Part shown: positions 12,690 through 25,410 of the stretch, in pieces
Numbering within the stretch: the stretch's first letter is position 1
Layout: each line of letters starts with the position of its first letter
Assembly (NCBI RefSeq): GCF_018977255.1
Contig: NW_024704743.1
Location: forward strand, 23,624,001-23,688,000
From: Callorhinchus milii
Taxonomy: Eukaryota
Length of the DNA: 64,000 nt
Direction of reading: 5' to 3'
Notes under the pieces: generated by a model
What the model was told of the DNA's origin: nothing
Databases searched by the model: none
The model's input: only the letters and a program-made list of their open reading frames with translations
Position numbers and translations under genes: made by a program

Positions 12690-13232
12690 TGTTCCCCAGA
12701 TGTTGTACTGAGCCACACGGGACAGGCAGGTGTCTGGTTCAATCTTTGTTTGGGGCTGATTTAGTCCATAGGACTGTGGAGTCCTGTATCTCAGTGGTTA
12801 GAGCACTCGCCTCACAAGCGAGAGACCAGGGTTCAATTCCCGTCAGGATGAAACGTTGGGCAAGTTTCCTTACTCCCCACAGTTCCGTTTACCTAGCAGT
12901 GAGTAGGAACCCGGTTGTTAGTCGATTGGTGGATCGCTTTTCAGGGGGTAATAATTCCTTTAAAAGAATCATAAAATAATAAATTGGTCACTTCAATCCA
13001 CGATTATTTGTGGGACACTGCTGTGTGCAATTGGCTGCAGCGTTTTGCCCACAAAATATACAGTCAATTTACTTTACAGTTTATTCTATGAAGCCTTCGA
13101 GAGACATCTCGAAGACGTGATAAGACGCTATATCAAATGCAAAAATTATTATTATTGCTATCTCAACTGGACTAGGTAAGTAACTACAAATGCCTTCAGT
13201 AAACCTGGGCTAGAGAGCAACCAGCCAAGGTT
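12690..13232 (+). mobile_element. AmnSINE2-like ancient SINE split by a younger SINE
   Basis: GTACTGAGCCACAC...GGTTCAATC...GCTGATTTAG, then the insert, then GCTATCTCAAC...CTACAAATGCCTTCAG...CTGGGCTAG; similar to 41715-41860. Family name from recall. Confidence 0.55.
12767..13156 (+). mobile_element. Full-length tRNA-derived SINE (SINE2 type)
   Basis: Pol III A box (TCTCAGTGGTTAGAGC) and B box (GGTTCAATTCC), CORE-like GGGCAAGTTTCCTTAC, L2-like 3' hairpin and (ATT)n tail. Confidence 0.92.
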
Positions 13233-13466
13233 GTGGATGCAACAAAGTTATTTCTTTGTACTGTTTTAGTCTCAAAGTCACTCAGAAGTTTTGTTTGAAA
13301 GCTTCTTACAGAATTGTATCTGTTTGATTCACAGAACATTTTGCAATTCTTAAATGTTATTCAAGCTGGGAGAATTTTACTGTTGAAAGATCCAAGTCTT
13401 CATGCACAGAAAGTTAGGAACAGAAAAAATCATTTTGGCCCATTGAGGCCAATCTGCATGGCACTA

Positions 13467-13659
13467 CAGTAAACCTCACATAAGTCATAACAGTTGGGAC
13501 CATACATTGAATATGACTTATGCAAAGTATGAGTTATATGACACTTTAAATAATAGGAAATTTAACTGGACTTGGGCAGATGTACAACTTAGATGATTAT
13601 AATAATAATATTATTTTGATATACTCTTTATGTAGATGAGACTTATGTGAGTCTTACTG
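13467..13659. mobile_element. MITE, Tc1/mariner (pogo/Tigger-like termini)
   Basis: 20-bp TIRs CAGTAAACCTCACATAAGTC / GACTTATGTGAGTCTTACTG (18/20), flanked by TA at 13465-13466 and 13660-13661. Confidence 0.85.
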
Positions 13660-14174
13660 TAAATTGCCAGCATCTCCCCAAATCCCACTTCCCTAACTTC
13701 TCACCATATGCATTAATGTCTCCAGTGTGTACACATAAGAAGTTGCCAAAATTACTGGATCAAAACAACAGACGGCGCCAATTGATGAAGTGTTTTCAGC
13801 GATGAATGATTCTCGACTTCATCCATCAGTCAAACCAAAGCGTCCCCCACTGAGACAGGGTGAGAGACTTGAGCAGTATTTGCCATTGAGTTTTGTGTTA
13901 TTCATTAAATATCATACTGTTTTGCTGCTGCTACATTCCCCCAATAGGTTGAATAACTGGCCCTATTTACATAAAGTCAATAGTGTCTGTTTCTTGGTCA
14001 ATTAGATTAAATCTAGTTGATAATCATGGAACATCTGTACGCTTGTCTGTTTCCATGCAGCTTGATTGCTTTTAAATGAGTCTGAGTTAAGAGGGTATCC
14101 TCTAAAGCAGCACTTCAACAGGTATTCTGGGTCAGCCTCAGGCCCAAGTGGTCACTTCTACAGACCAGTCAATA

Positions 14175-14425
14175 CAACAACAACAACAAAATTACATTTA
14201 TAAAGCGCCTTTCACGTCGGGAGGACGTCCCAAAGCGCTGAACAGTCAGGTGTCGGTGCCCGAGCATGGGGGATGGTGTAGGGGTGAGGGAAGGCAGAGA
14301 AGTGGGAGGGAGACCAAAGGGACGGTCGAAGAGAAGGGTCTTGAGACCGGCCTTGAAGGAGGCAAGGGAGGAAGCGATGCGAAGGGACCGTGGGATGGAG
14401 TTCCAGATTGTGGGGGCAGAGAGGC
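14175..14425 (-). mobile_element. L2 3' end
   Basis: (CAA)n tail, APTIWNSIP..FKAGLKTLLF; apparent 6-bp TSD TCAATA at 14169-14174 and 14426-14431. Confidence 0.92.
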
Positions 14426-16219
14426 TCAATAAATCCAAACATTGACAGTGAGGTAGTTACAACCATGTGAAAAATCTCACTTCATTAATGAGAAGTGTTC
14501 TTCCCCACGTCACTCTCTGCGGAGTGCAGTGGAAGCCGTGCACAAGTTGCTCAGCTCGTCACTCGTTCACATTCCTGTCTCTCGGCTCCTTCTGCAATAT
14601 CTCTCTCAGCTGCCACACGTATTCAGTGCAAGCTCAATGCCTCCCATCTCCTTCAGTTATCCTAGTTTATAGAATTCAAATTATCCTCCAAATTAGTTGC
14701 TGCCTCAGCTCATCGTTCTTTATGGGGCATTGCTGGTTCAGATTAACTGTTGTGTTTGCCTATATAACAATGACAGCAACATTAAATTGCATTCATATAA
14801 CAATTTTCATGTCCTGAGAACGTGCCAAGGACTGAAACAAACTTAATTATTTTTTCTAATTAAGTCTACAAAATACCCAGTCCTGCAGATAATAATAATA
14901 ATCCTTGGATTTGATATAGCACCATATCACATTTTTGAGATGTCCCTAAGCACTTCATGGAATATACTGTAAAGTGAATTAACTGTATATGTTGTGGGCG
15001 AAACGCACAGATGTGCTATATAAATGTAAATATGAAATATAAATGTATAAGTCACTAAACTGTACAGTAAATACTACAAAGCTCTTTGAGACAACCACCC
15101 AAAAGGCAAATGGATACCAAATGCAAGGATTATATATTTATTCAATTCTATTATAATAAACTCCTTGAGACTTTTTTACATGAAAGCTATTTATTATAAA
15201 TGTAAATTATTATTTATTTTTATTATCTGCAGGGAGATTCCTCTATTTCAGGGATGGTACGGGACAAACCCTGTGTAACTCCAGTAGGAACGTGTGTTTT
15301 CCACCTATTTAAGCACCCAGAGATGCTGCCAGGTGGGAAGGATGCTATATAAGTACAAGTTTTTGTTGTTTATTAGCACTTACCCTGGCATGCTAGCTAG
15401 TTGCTGTCATCTTGGTTCTGTTTTAAATTCAAAAACACCACCATAATCCTCGAGGGCAATGCTTTTCATTGGATTACATAAAACAACTGTTAAAATCTAA
15501 ATACACATAAGTTGCTGATGGCATGACTTTGATGTAATAGGAGTAGTTCCAAGACTAACTAAGCTGGGAGCAATTTGGTACTTGATAAAGATTGTGAAAT
15601 ATCAGTGTGTACCTTAATCTGATTTCCATATAAGGGAAAATGCACCCTCTTGTGTTTGGTCATTGAGGCCATACTAGGCTGTGAATACCCTAACCCTAAC
15701 TAAGGCAGAGAATCTTTATCTTGAAGACATTTGTGATCTGACTTGTAAGGAGCAGATGCTCCATTTGTTGCTGAGGGATTGGACCAAAATGCACTCAGAC
15801 AGCAGCACCCTTGAAAGAATGGGATTGAGATCAGTGTTTGTTGGAGATGTGGTAGATGTGCCTCTATACCAAGCGATACGTGCACTTGGCAGAATGAAGT
15901 TGATAAAGGGACACAGTCCCCAATGCAGCTTTCTGCACAGTGAGGCAGAGCCTTCATGTTTGTAGCATCTCATTATTTCAGTATCTCAAAGCATCTCACA
16001 GATAACTGTTGTCAAATGTAGTGACTGTTTTTGTAGGGCAAGAAGGCAACCATTTTTTATCGGAAATGTTCTGCAAACAGCTATGTGGTGGTAAATTATC
16101 TGGAGTTGGGGGGGGGATTGTTGGCAAGCATTTCCCCCCGCTCTCTACCCCCTGAAGAAACAAATATCATCATTTGATAAACGGGTAGCTGGGACTCGAG
16201 TTTAATAACTCACAAGATG

Positions 16220-16630
16220 ACAAGAGTGGTTTGGATTAAGAAGGCCCTTTGGCCCATTGGATCTCATCCTTCCAGAACACCAGCTTTTAATCTTATCATT
16301 AACTACCTTTCCAGGCAACCTGTTCCTCTGGGGACTTCCTGGTGTTTGTCCTGCAATTGCCCTTTGCAACTTTAATTTAATGCAATATGTTCTCTTGTTT
16401 CACCGTTTTGGTGCATCCTAAAATATTGACCTGAGTTTACTTTTGCAAACCACTTTAAAATTGTAAACATCTCTATGAGGTCCCCCTCTATGACGTCCCC
16501 CTCTATAATGTCTTCTCTTAAGACTGAAAAGCCTTTAGCTTGTTGAATTGTTCGACTCATATGAAATATTGTAAACGTTTGAACATGAAAATACAAGGGA
16601 GCAATTTTATCACTGGGATCAATCATCCCC
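16220..16630 (-). mobile_element. CR1 LINE fragments
   Basis: Minus frame FSVL...GDLIEMFTILK plus a 3' UTR-like AAGGCCCTTTGGCCCAT. Confidence 0.7.
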
Positions 16631-17339
16631 TTTTTACCGATTATGTCAAACACCTGCACTACCCCTTCCAAATCTCACATTCTAACTCCTGGAGCTCCCA
16701 TGAGAGCTCAGGGAAGAACAGGAACCGAGCCTGTTCTCGCTAGAACAGAAAGTTTAATGGGAGGCCAGATAGATGTCTTCAGAATGATGAAGATAGACAA
16801 TGGGAATCATTACCCAGTATTGCCTGGGCGCTGTCAGCACTGGAGATAAGGCCAGGAAGAGGCTGGCCTGCTTGTCACTGCAGCTGAAACACTCGGTCCC
16901 TGTATCACTGCAGCTGTTACTACAGATGCATCAGGGAAATGGCTCCAGTCGGACTCTGTCCAAGACAGGTTTTACATTGCTCCTTGGTATGTTCCCAGCA
17001 CACAATGTCACAGTAACACAAAGACCATTCGGGAAAGACTAGCTTAATAATCCTCGCTTGGGATTTGAAGGGGAGGAAAATGAATTGAAGTAGGCTTAAT
17101 GTTTTACGGATCACCAAGAGTACAATTGCACTTTCATATCAGCTACACCTCAAAATAATGCCACTCTCTCAGAAATTAATGTTACATTGCTGTGATGGGA
17201 TTAAACGTCACAGCCATGCTTTTTGGGGCCCAGATATCACTTTGTTCAAACAGGTAAAACATGATAAGTCAGTAACCACAGATCTGATAACCTAACATCC
17301 ACAGTAGGCAAACATTTAGAGGCCATAGTATGTGATAAT

Positions 17340-18290
17340 ATTAATAACCACTTAAAAAGACACGGTTGCTTAAAAACAGCCCACATAGGTTTTCTAAAGA
17401 CGGGTGTTACTTGACAAATCTAATAGAGTTCTTTGATGAAATAACCAAGAGAATAGATAGAGGTAATGCTGTGGATGTGGTGCAATATGCATTTTCAGAA
17501 GATATTAGTTTAGTTTGACTTACGAACAGAAACTCGAGGAACTGAACCTGTTCTCGCTAGAACAGAGAGTTTAATAGGAGACCAGGTAGATGTTTTCAGA
17601 ATGATGAGTGTCGTTTTATAGAGTGGATAGGGAGAAATTATTTCCACTGGTTATTGAGTCAGCAACTGGAGGGCATCAAGTTAAGATAGTTAACAAAGGA
17701 ATAAAGTAAGAAGGTGCTCCTCCAGTGATGAAGAGCACTGGTCAGAACTCATTTGGACTGTATTCAGTTCTGGGCATTCAATCTTAGGAAGGATATACTA
17801 GCTCTGGAAGGTATCCAGTGACAATTCACCAGATTAATACCTGGGCTGAAGGCGTTTAACTATGATGAGAGCCTGGGAGGACTGAGGTTATACTAATTAG
17901 AGCAGACAAGATTAAAGGGTGATTTGATTTAAGTATTTTAAATGAAATGAATTGACAGGTTAGATAGTGAGTGACTCTTCCCTCCAATTGAGGGATCTAT
18001 TACAAGTACATTATAATAAGAACTAAGATCATTTGAATTGAGGTCAGTAAGCATTTCTTCACACAGAGGGTTGTAATGATGTGATATTTTCTGCCTCAGA
18101 ACGCTGTAGAGGTGACATCAATCGGGATGTTTAAAAGATAAATTGATGGATACTTGGGTAATGGAGGTGTTAAAGGGTATGGCAAAAGGGCAGGGCATTG
18201 AGATTAAAAGATCTGCCAAGATTTAATAACTGGTGGAACAGCCCGAATGGTCTGAATGGCCTCTTCCTGTTCCTCTTCTTCCTACATTCC
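17340..18290 (+). mobile_element. CR1 LINE (rearranged fragments)
   Basis: LTNLIEFFDEIT..IDRGNAVDVV, LVRTHLDCIQFWAF, RLKGDLI, FFTQRVV and the 3' UTR GAATGGCCTCTTCCTGTTCCT. Confidence 0.88.
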
Positions 18291-18369
18291 ATAGTTTACT
18301 TCGTGAAGTGAATTTTGCAGCATTTATGCAACTCAAGTGATCTTTCGACCCCAATAGTGTAATTGTTCT

Positions 18370-18457
18370 TATACTAGTTTTTATAATAGTTATACTATTA
18401 TACTAGTTTAATTATACTAGTTTTTATAATAGTTTTTACACCGTAATAATACGGTGT
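18370..18457. repeat. AT-rich short tandem repeat plus small hairpin
   Basis: TATACTAGTTT(TTATAATAGT) repeated 3-4 times; ACACCGTA-ATAA-TACGGTGT at 18438-18457. Confidence 0.7.
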
Positions 18458-19774
18458 TGTATCTGTGAAGAGGGTCAGGTTCAAAATATGGCTCCTCTAT
18501 TAGGGCTGGATTGAGTATATGAAAAATTAGGAAATTTCCCGAGTGCCCCCATGAATAACTCCCAATGCTTACCACCCCATACCACCCCGTTCAGGAATTG
18601 GCACTCCCATTTTACATGACAATCCCGGGCCCTTTCCGGGAGCCAGTCTGACACTGCTCTACTGAAAGTGAAGCAGCTTTACTTGCAGCAATATAGTATG
18701 TGTGTGTGGGGGGAACGGACATTATAGAGCAGTCATGGAAAGGGAATGGGCTTGAAATGCTTTTTCTGGTTGCATGCTTTCCTATGTTCTTTAGTTGTTT
18801 AGCTGAGGCAAGGAACACAAATGTTCTGCCTAGCACAATAACAATTTACATTTATATAGCACCTTTCAGGTAAAAGAAGCGTATAGTACCATCTTACGGC
18901 TCAAACTGTTTGCATTACGTGTTTAATGGAGGGAGCTCTCCTGCCATTTTGAGGAGAAGAATAGATTGACTAAATTATTTCAAAGTCTTTATCTTCAGTG
19001 AACACTGAACTGGATCATTATCCTTTCTCTTCGCTTCTGCTTTGGTCGCCGTCCATTCATTCTTGATCTGATGGTGACATTGAAGTATTGTCAATTCCAG
19101 TTTGCCATCATTTTAATAAGGCACACTGATGCACGCATGCACTAGATTGTCAACCGCTTGTCACTTCAGCTTCTACATATCGAGCAACACTGACAGGCAT
19201 TTGGCTGGGTAGGTTTTACAATCCTAACTCTACCATTGCTGGTGCACGTCAACAACAATTTCAAACTCATCAGCAGTAACTGATCACAATAAAAATTGTG
19301 CCTCTGTTATGAGAAGTACTTTTATACAAAATACTCAGTCAGTTCACTTCACGGCATATCCTGCGAAGCACTTTGAGACATCTCGACGACGTGATAATAT
19401 GAAATGCAGTGGTTATTATTATTATTATTATTACTCACTTCTGACAAGTTCACAGTCACACTGCAATCTAAATCTAAATTAAAACACTTTAATGTTAAAA
19501 TATGACCTTTTGGTGGAAGGTGGAGTGTAGAATGTGCTGAACCGTGAAAATAAATGTAGTGGAATTGAGGAATATATTGCGATACATTATATTTACATAG
19601 TACCTTCAGATCAATCAGGTTAGGGATAGATTCATCAGAAGATAACCACTACTATAAAATAAGATGTTCGCAAGAAATCTTTAACTTTTAATTTTTATCC
19701 TCTATTATGCCTTGACCTGTTCAGCTTTGCAACATTTCACCCACCCCACCTTTGCAACATTTCCTTTTTCTTCC

Positions 19775-20000
19775 TCTGGAATTCCATCCCTGAATTCCTT
19801 CAGCTTGCCCCTTCCCTCATCTCCTTCGAGGTCCATCTCAAGACCTTCCTCTTTGACCATGCCTTTGGTGGTCACCCCCAGCCCTTTGTCCTTGGTCCCC
19901 ACTCCTCTTGTATTCAATTCCCAGTTCAGGGCAAACTCTTGATTATCCAGTGTCTTCGGATATCCTCCCAAGCTATATGAATGCAATTTATTGTTGTTAT
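19775..20000 (+). mobile_element. L2 3' end (old)
   Basis: CTCTGGAATTCCATCCCT...CTCAAGACCTTCCTCTTTGAC...TATATGAATGCAATTTATTGTTGTT. Confidence 0.75.
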
Positions 20001-20729
20001 TTAATCTACCCATTCCACCACTTACTTTACAAATTCAAGAAACACAGTGCGGGCAAGTTAGGGTTTTGTGGAAGAAAGGAAGTCAGAGTTTAATATTGGA
20101 ATGTGGGGATGCCATAAATATTCTTTCGTTTTTACTTACCTGTCTTTGGGATCGAAGAGTATGTCTGCAGAACATTCCTCCACAGTGACATGCATTCCAC
20201 TCGAAGATTGGTTTTCCATCATCTGTGGAAGAAACAGGCTTGCTGGGCTGGATGGCCTTTTCTTGTTCTACACTTTCTCGGGTTCGTCAGACAGTCCACG
20301 GATTTACCTCTTCCCGGGCCTATGCCTAACCCTAACCCTAAGCCTGGGACCAGATAAACTGCAAAGAGGAACTAGGAGGTTCATATCACTCGCTCTCCAA
20401 TCTTTCTCCTTCCTAATTTTCTGAAGTCTGGTGATGATTGAGAATGAACCATGAATGGAGCTGTAAAGCTGAAGCCAATAACCAGTTCATTCTGCTGGTA
20501 CACCAACACATGGCTGTACAATACTGTAGGACATTGCTGTGCGCAAATTGGCTGTCACGTTTGTCTACAAATGCACAGTCACCTCATTGTGAAGCACTTT
20601 GAGATATTCTGTTGACATGAAAGGCACGATATTAAATTCAAAGTAAGGGTTATTATCATTAAAATAATATTACCTTTAAAATATTAAACAAATAACCCCA
20701 CAATCTATGAATGTGGATAAATGCAATCC

Positions 20730-21578
20730 AATACAGAATTACATTTGTAAAGCACCTTTCATGACGGGAAGACGTCCCAAGCCTGAGCAGTCAGGGATTA
20801 GGACCCGAGTGGTGGAGAGGTTGGGATCAGGGAGAGTGGAGGGCAGAGAGGGTAGGAGGGTGGCCGACAGCACAGTCAAAAAGGAGGGTGTGGAGGCTTG
20901 CCTTGAAGGAGGCAAGTGGGGGAGTGAGGCAAAGGGAATGTGGGATGGAGTTCCAGAGGATGGGAGCAGAGAGGCTGAAGGCCCAACCGTCAATGTTGGG
21001 GTGGACTGGGGACATGGAGCAGGCCAGAGCCTGCTGAGCGGAGGGAGTGGACAGGATGATAAAGGGTTAGCAGGTTGGAGAGGTAGGAGGGGGCAAGGCC
21101 ATGGAGGGCCTTGAAGGTGAAGATAAGGATTTTTTTACTTGAATCTCTGAGGGATGGGGAGACAGTGGTGGAGTCAGGCGAGGGTAGGGATGATGGGGTC
21201 ACGGAGCCTGGTGCGGGAGATGACACGAGCTGCAGAATTCTGGATGATCTGCAGCTTGTGGAGGGAAGAGCTGGGACGGCTGAACAAGCAGGGCAATGGC
21301 ATAGTCGAGCCTGGTTGTAACGAGGGCACGTATGAGGGTTTCGACGGCCTGAGAGGTGAGGCAGTGGCAGAGTTGGGCAATGTTGCGGAGATGGGGGAAG
21401 GCAGAGTGGGTCATGGCATGGATGTGGTGAAGAAAGGATAGTTCAGGGTCGAACAAGACGCCCAGGTTTCTGACTGGCTTGGTGAGGTGGTGTACATATC
21501 AGTGGATGCTGATGCTGCCAGTGCCTGAGGTGCGGAGGCGCTGACGCGAGCCAATCAGGAAAGCCTCGGTCTTGGAAG
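20730..21578 (-). mobile_element. L2 LINE 3' portion (frameshifted)
   Basis: LFDPELSF..H, LVTTRLDY, LQIIQNSAARV, FKALHGLAPSYLS, PILWNSIP. Confidence 0.93.
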
Positions 21579-21879
21579 CAGATAACAAACAATAAAGGGT
21601 CTAAAAGTACAGCACTTATATATGTTTTAAAATTGCTTCAGCTGAATAAAGCCAGCGCCTTTGTACGGTGCAAAATCTTAAAAGAAATGCAGGCACCCCC
21701 CCGTCTAATGGCAAAGGCAAAGCGTCTGGGTTCAGCTCTGGTAGGCAAGTTATGTAACCTTTGGCTGAATCCTCATGGGGTAGAAGAGAAGATAATACAA
21801 AATACACAGTCACAGCACTTTACAGAATATCTTGTTAAGTACTTTTGAGAGGTCTCCCCACATGAAAGGTGCTATATTA

Positions 21880-22025
21880 TTTGGGGCTCAGTTGGTTCCA
21901 AGATGATATGTCCGGCAATGGAATATAAGAATCAAGTCAATCCTCTGTGGTGGTCTCCATGGTTAGGTTCCTGAGCTACAGAACATCAAGGCACTGTTAA
22001 TGAAAGAGAGGCCAGCCTGTCTTGT
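21880..22025 (+). mobile_element. RTE-like 5' fragment (degenerate)
   Basis: GGCAATGGAATATAAGAATCAAGTCAATCCTCTGTGGTGGTCTC...GTTCCTGAG, similar to 51118-51180. Confidence 0.55.
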
Positions 22026-22027
22026 TG

Positions 22028-22240
22028 ATAATAGTAATAATCCTTGCATTTGATACAGTGCCTGATCACGTCTTTGAGATGTCTCAAACTGCTTCACAGA
22101 ATATACTGCAAAGTGAATTGACAAAAAAGTGTATATTTTGTGGGCAAAACACGGCAGCCAATCGCGCACAGCAGTGTCCCACAAACAGTCGTGGATTGAA
22201 GTAACCACAGTATTATTATCATTTTATTATCTTATGAGAT
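22028..22240 (-). mobile_element. tRNA-derived SINE 3' part
   Basis: Matches the reverse of 12970-13156. Confidence 0.85.
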
Positions 22241-22499
22241 TAATTCTGAGAACAGTCACTTACAATTTACATTGGATGACAATGGATTGGTGATGCAGCC
22301 GCACTGCTCAGGTAGACGATGAGTAAAACATTTCATTGCTTTAACAGAACCTAAAGGAGCAGAATAGTCACTGGCAGCAGGATTCTCCCCTTTCAACTCC
22401 TGTTCATCATGCAAGCAAAGCTCTCATGGGTAGGGTAATCTGGAAAAACAGTGGAATTGCTCCAATGTTTACAGGATGGTTTTAGCTGTCCACATTCCA

Positions 22500-22947
22500 T
22501 CAATAATAATAATAATATTGATAATCCTTGCATTTGATACAGCACCTAATTATGTTGGTAAGGTCTCAAAGTGCTTCAAAGGATATAAAGTGGTGGGACT
22601 ATGTGTATTTTGTGGGCAAACCTGGCAGCCAATTTTGCACACAGCAAAGTCCCACAAACAGCTATGGAGTGAATAACCAATTTTATTTGGAAGATTGTTG
22701 GCCAGGACAATTCGAGAAAATCCCTTCTCTTTTTGAATAGTGCCATGGGATCTTTAACATCCAACTGAATAGGCACACAGGATCTAAGTTTAACGCCTCA
22801 TCCAAAGGACAGCACCTCCGACAGCATGGCATACCCCCAGCACTGCATTGGACTGTCAGCCTAGAATGTATGGGTTCCAAGTCCAGCCATGGGGCTTGAA
22901 TGCTCAACCTTCAGATTCAGGAGCTGGAGAGCTACCAACTGAGCCAA
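22500..22947 (-). mobile_element. Near full-length Deu-domain SINE
   Basis: tRNA-like head (rc TTGGCTCAGTTGGTAGC...GGTTGAGCATTCAAGCCCC), Deu domain (GTCGGAGGTGCTGTCCTTTGGATGAGGCGTTAAAC...AAAGATCCCATGGCAC) and (ATT)n tail. Confidence 0.88.
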
Positions 22948-24395
22948 CAGTACTGCTCACTCTGGGGCTCCCTAGCTTTGACTCTTGTCAACATGCCTAA
23001 ACTATATAAAAAGAATAATAATCCTTGCATTTGATATAGCGCTTTATCACGTCTTGGTGTCTCAAAGCGCTTGACAAAATATACCGTGAAGTGAATTGAC
23101 GGTGCTGTTCTTTGGATGGGACATTAAACCGAGGTCCAATCTGCCTGTTCAGGTCGATGCTAAAGATCCCATAGCTCTATTCAATAAGAGAAGGACTTCC
23201 TCCCATAGCCTCCAGATAAACTGACCAATCACTTCATGTTTTTTTCCAGAACATTGGTGGGTGCAAATTGGCTGCTGTTTTTGCCCGTTAGTTGTCTTAA
23301 ATGCTTCAGATGTGAAAGGCAATAAAGAATTGTTATTCTTTGTTGTTGTTATTTGTTGTCATTTAAAATTCCAACACTAGACCTTTGGACTAAACTTTCT
23401 AATATGTGGAAACCAGAAAAGCAATACAACGAAAATATCGATTATTGATAGCTGCTTTACGTCTTGCATGCAATTATCTTTAAAGACTTCACACAGCAAG
23501 GCAGCTAAATGCTATTGTCACCTGATGTTCCATGGTTTAGATGACATGATTTTTAAGTGACAAAACTGCAGTGCTATTCCACTTGAACGGTATTATATAA
23601 ATGCAAGTTGTTGTTGTGAATGGGTTTCAGCATGCCAGATTGTGATTGGTTGCACCAATTACCACTTCCAGACGGTTCTATGAACGATGTGAATGCAACT
23701 GATCTTCAGGAAAAGAAAATCTAAATGACATTAATTCTTTTAACATTTGCCCACCGGATATTCAATCAATAGACTGGAAATGAGCAAATGTGGATGTTAT
23801 ATTCCAAGTGAGGTGAAAGGCTTGATTGGAGTTTGTGATAATTGGGCACCAGCCCCTCGGGATAATTGAGTGCCAGTTGGGGACGTGAGTGGAAAAGCTG
23901 GATGTATAGAGGTAGGGCTCTCTTGTTAAAATAAACTTAAGTGTGTGTTAAAACTATTGTTCAAGTTTTGTTTATTGGGTGTGACCCATGCCCTCCTGCA
24001 GACAGCCATGAGAACTTGGAATCCAGATGATTTTAACACTTGAATTCTTTAAGAAACTGCTTGATATTGGATTGGGAAGACTAAATGGTAGGTGCTTTCG
24101 TAAGTAAAAAATCAATGCACTGAAGAGCCTATTCCTCCTTGTTTCTATTTAGTGTAAAATGGGAAGATGATAAGCAATGATTCCCTAAGAATGAACTAGC
24201 TCAGAGGGGCAGCATTTAGAAAATCCAGTTAGGTCTGTGGTAATTCAAGGTACTGTTAGTGGGTAACCAGCATGTGTGACTCATCATTGAGAATTCAAGA
24301 TAAGTACAGGTCCTCAACACTGAGTCAGAGCTCTGATGGGTTACTATATCCCAAGCTGGTCAAGTACTTTGTTTTGAAGATAGCATTTTTGATTT

Positions 24396-25410
24396 TTCAG
24401 ACAAACCACACATTGCTTATTCTACTTGAAATACACCACACCTACAGATTTGTCCATGTCCTGTCTGTACACAACACTTGGTAAGTTTGGAACTATCCAT
24501 TTTTTGCTTTATCATTATCTTTGGTACATTCTTCCCGCCTTTAAAAATCCCCTTCTCAGTCACACCTAGTGAGTGTATTCTTAGTTGATTTGTGTATACT
24601 TCATTTTATTTAAACAGGAAAAGATAATGTAAACGATACACAAAATAACTCAGAATATTTACAAGTAACATTAGGATTTTCATGATAGTATTTGTGTTCA
24701 CTAGGATGCACTGTGACATAGGCAAGATTACGTAACACTGAGGGTTTTGGACTATTTTGTTTACACTGGAGATTCCTTGCCCTTCAAATCTTTGCAATAC
24801 CACATTTGCAAATCCTTATCTCTAAGCAAATCTGGCTCTAGGCCCATCTTAACATCACACAAGATACTGAAGCATTTGGATAACATATGATCCACAAGTA
24901 TTACACCTGATGGATAAAGCTATGTTATCACTTTCTTTAGGATTGTTTCCAATAATTCCTTTAATTTTGTTCTGAGTTTGTTTTGACAAGTCTGCAATAT
25001 CATTCATGTTATATAGAGTAAATCTTTCTTCACTTGCTATTTATTTTATTCCTTCTATCATTGGATTAACTACTTCCCTTTCTTGTACATTTTTTTTGAA
25101 AGCATGCAAATGTCTTTTAACAGCACCTAATCTGCTTGATTTTAACTTGACATTCCAGATCCAAAAGGTCCAGTTGTTGTACCTGCTGTACCCCATACAT
25201 CACCTAATATGCGCTGCATTGTAAAGCTGTGGGTATCTGTAAATTTGACCCAATGGGAAGTTAGTCACCAAAATGTAAAGGGTGTGATATGTTCTATGAT
25301 GCATTCTTAATTGAAAGAATGATTAAATTTCAACAAAAAGTGGATGATCCTATAATCAAACAAGAAATTACAGATACCAACAACTTTACAATACCCTATG
25401 TACCATATAG
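24396..25410 (-). pseudogene. Decayed envelope/fusion-glycoprotein-like coding sequence (endogenous viral element), main copy
   Basis: Minus-strand conceptual translation with stops and frameshifts: QR-ILGDVWGTAGTTTGPFGSGMSS*NQAD-LGAVKRHL..., amphipathic stretch, SIRCNTCGS, WYCKD, VSFTLSFP, RIHSLGV, KCCVQTGHGQICRC..MCGL. Confidence 0.65.

Noticed and set aside
14481..14661. Selenoprotein exon (frame with two TGA codons)
   Set aside because: No recognisable selenoprotein motif or SECIS, and a weak acceptor; TGA-only stops are common by chance.
18501..18656. hAT-type MITE (TAGGGCTGGATT..AGTCTGACACTG)
   Set aside because: TIR match is poor and there is no convincing 8-bp TSD.
18980..19115. Myb/SANT-like peptide QIKNEWTATKAEAKRK on the minus strand
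   Set aside because: Too short; the upstream helices are absent and the frame is closed by stops.
15688..20341. Interstitial telomere repeats (CCCTAA at 15688 and 20325)
   Set aside because: Only two to three units each.
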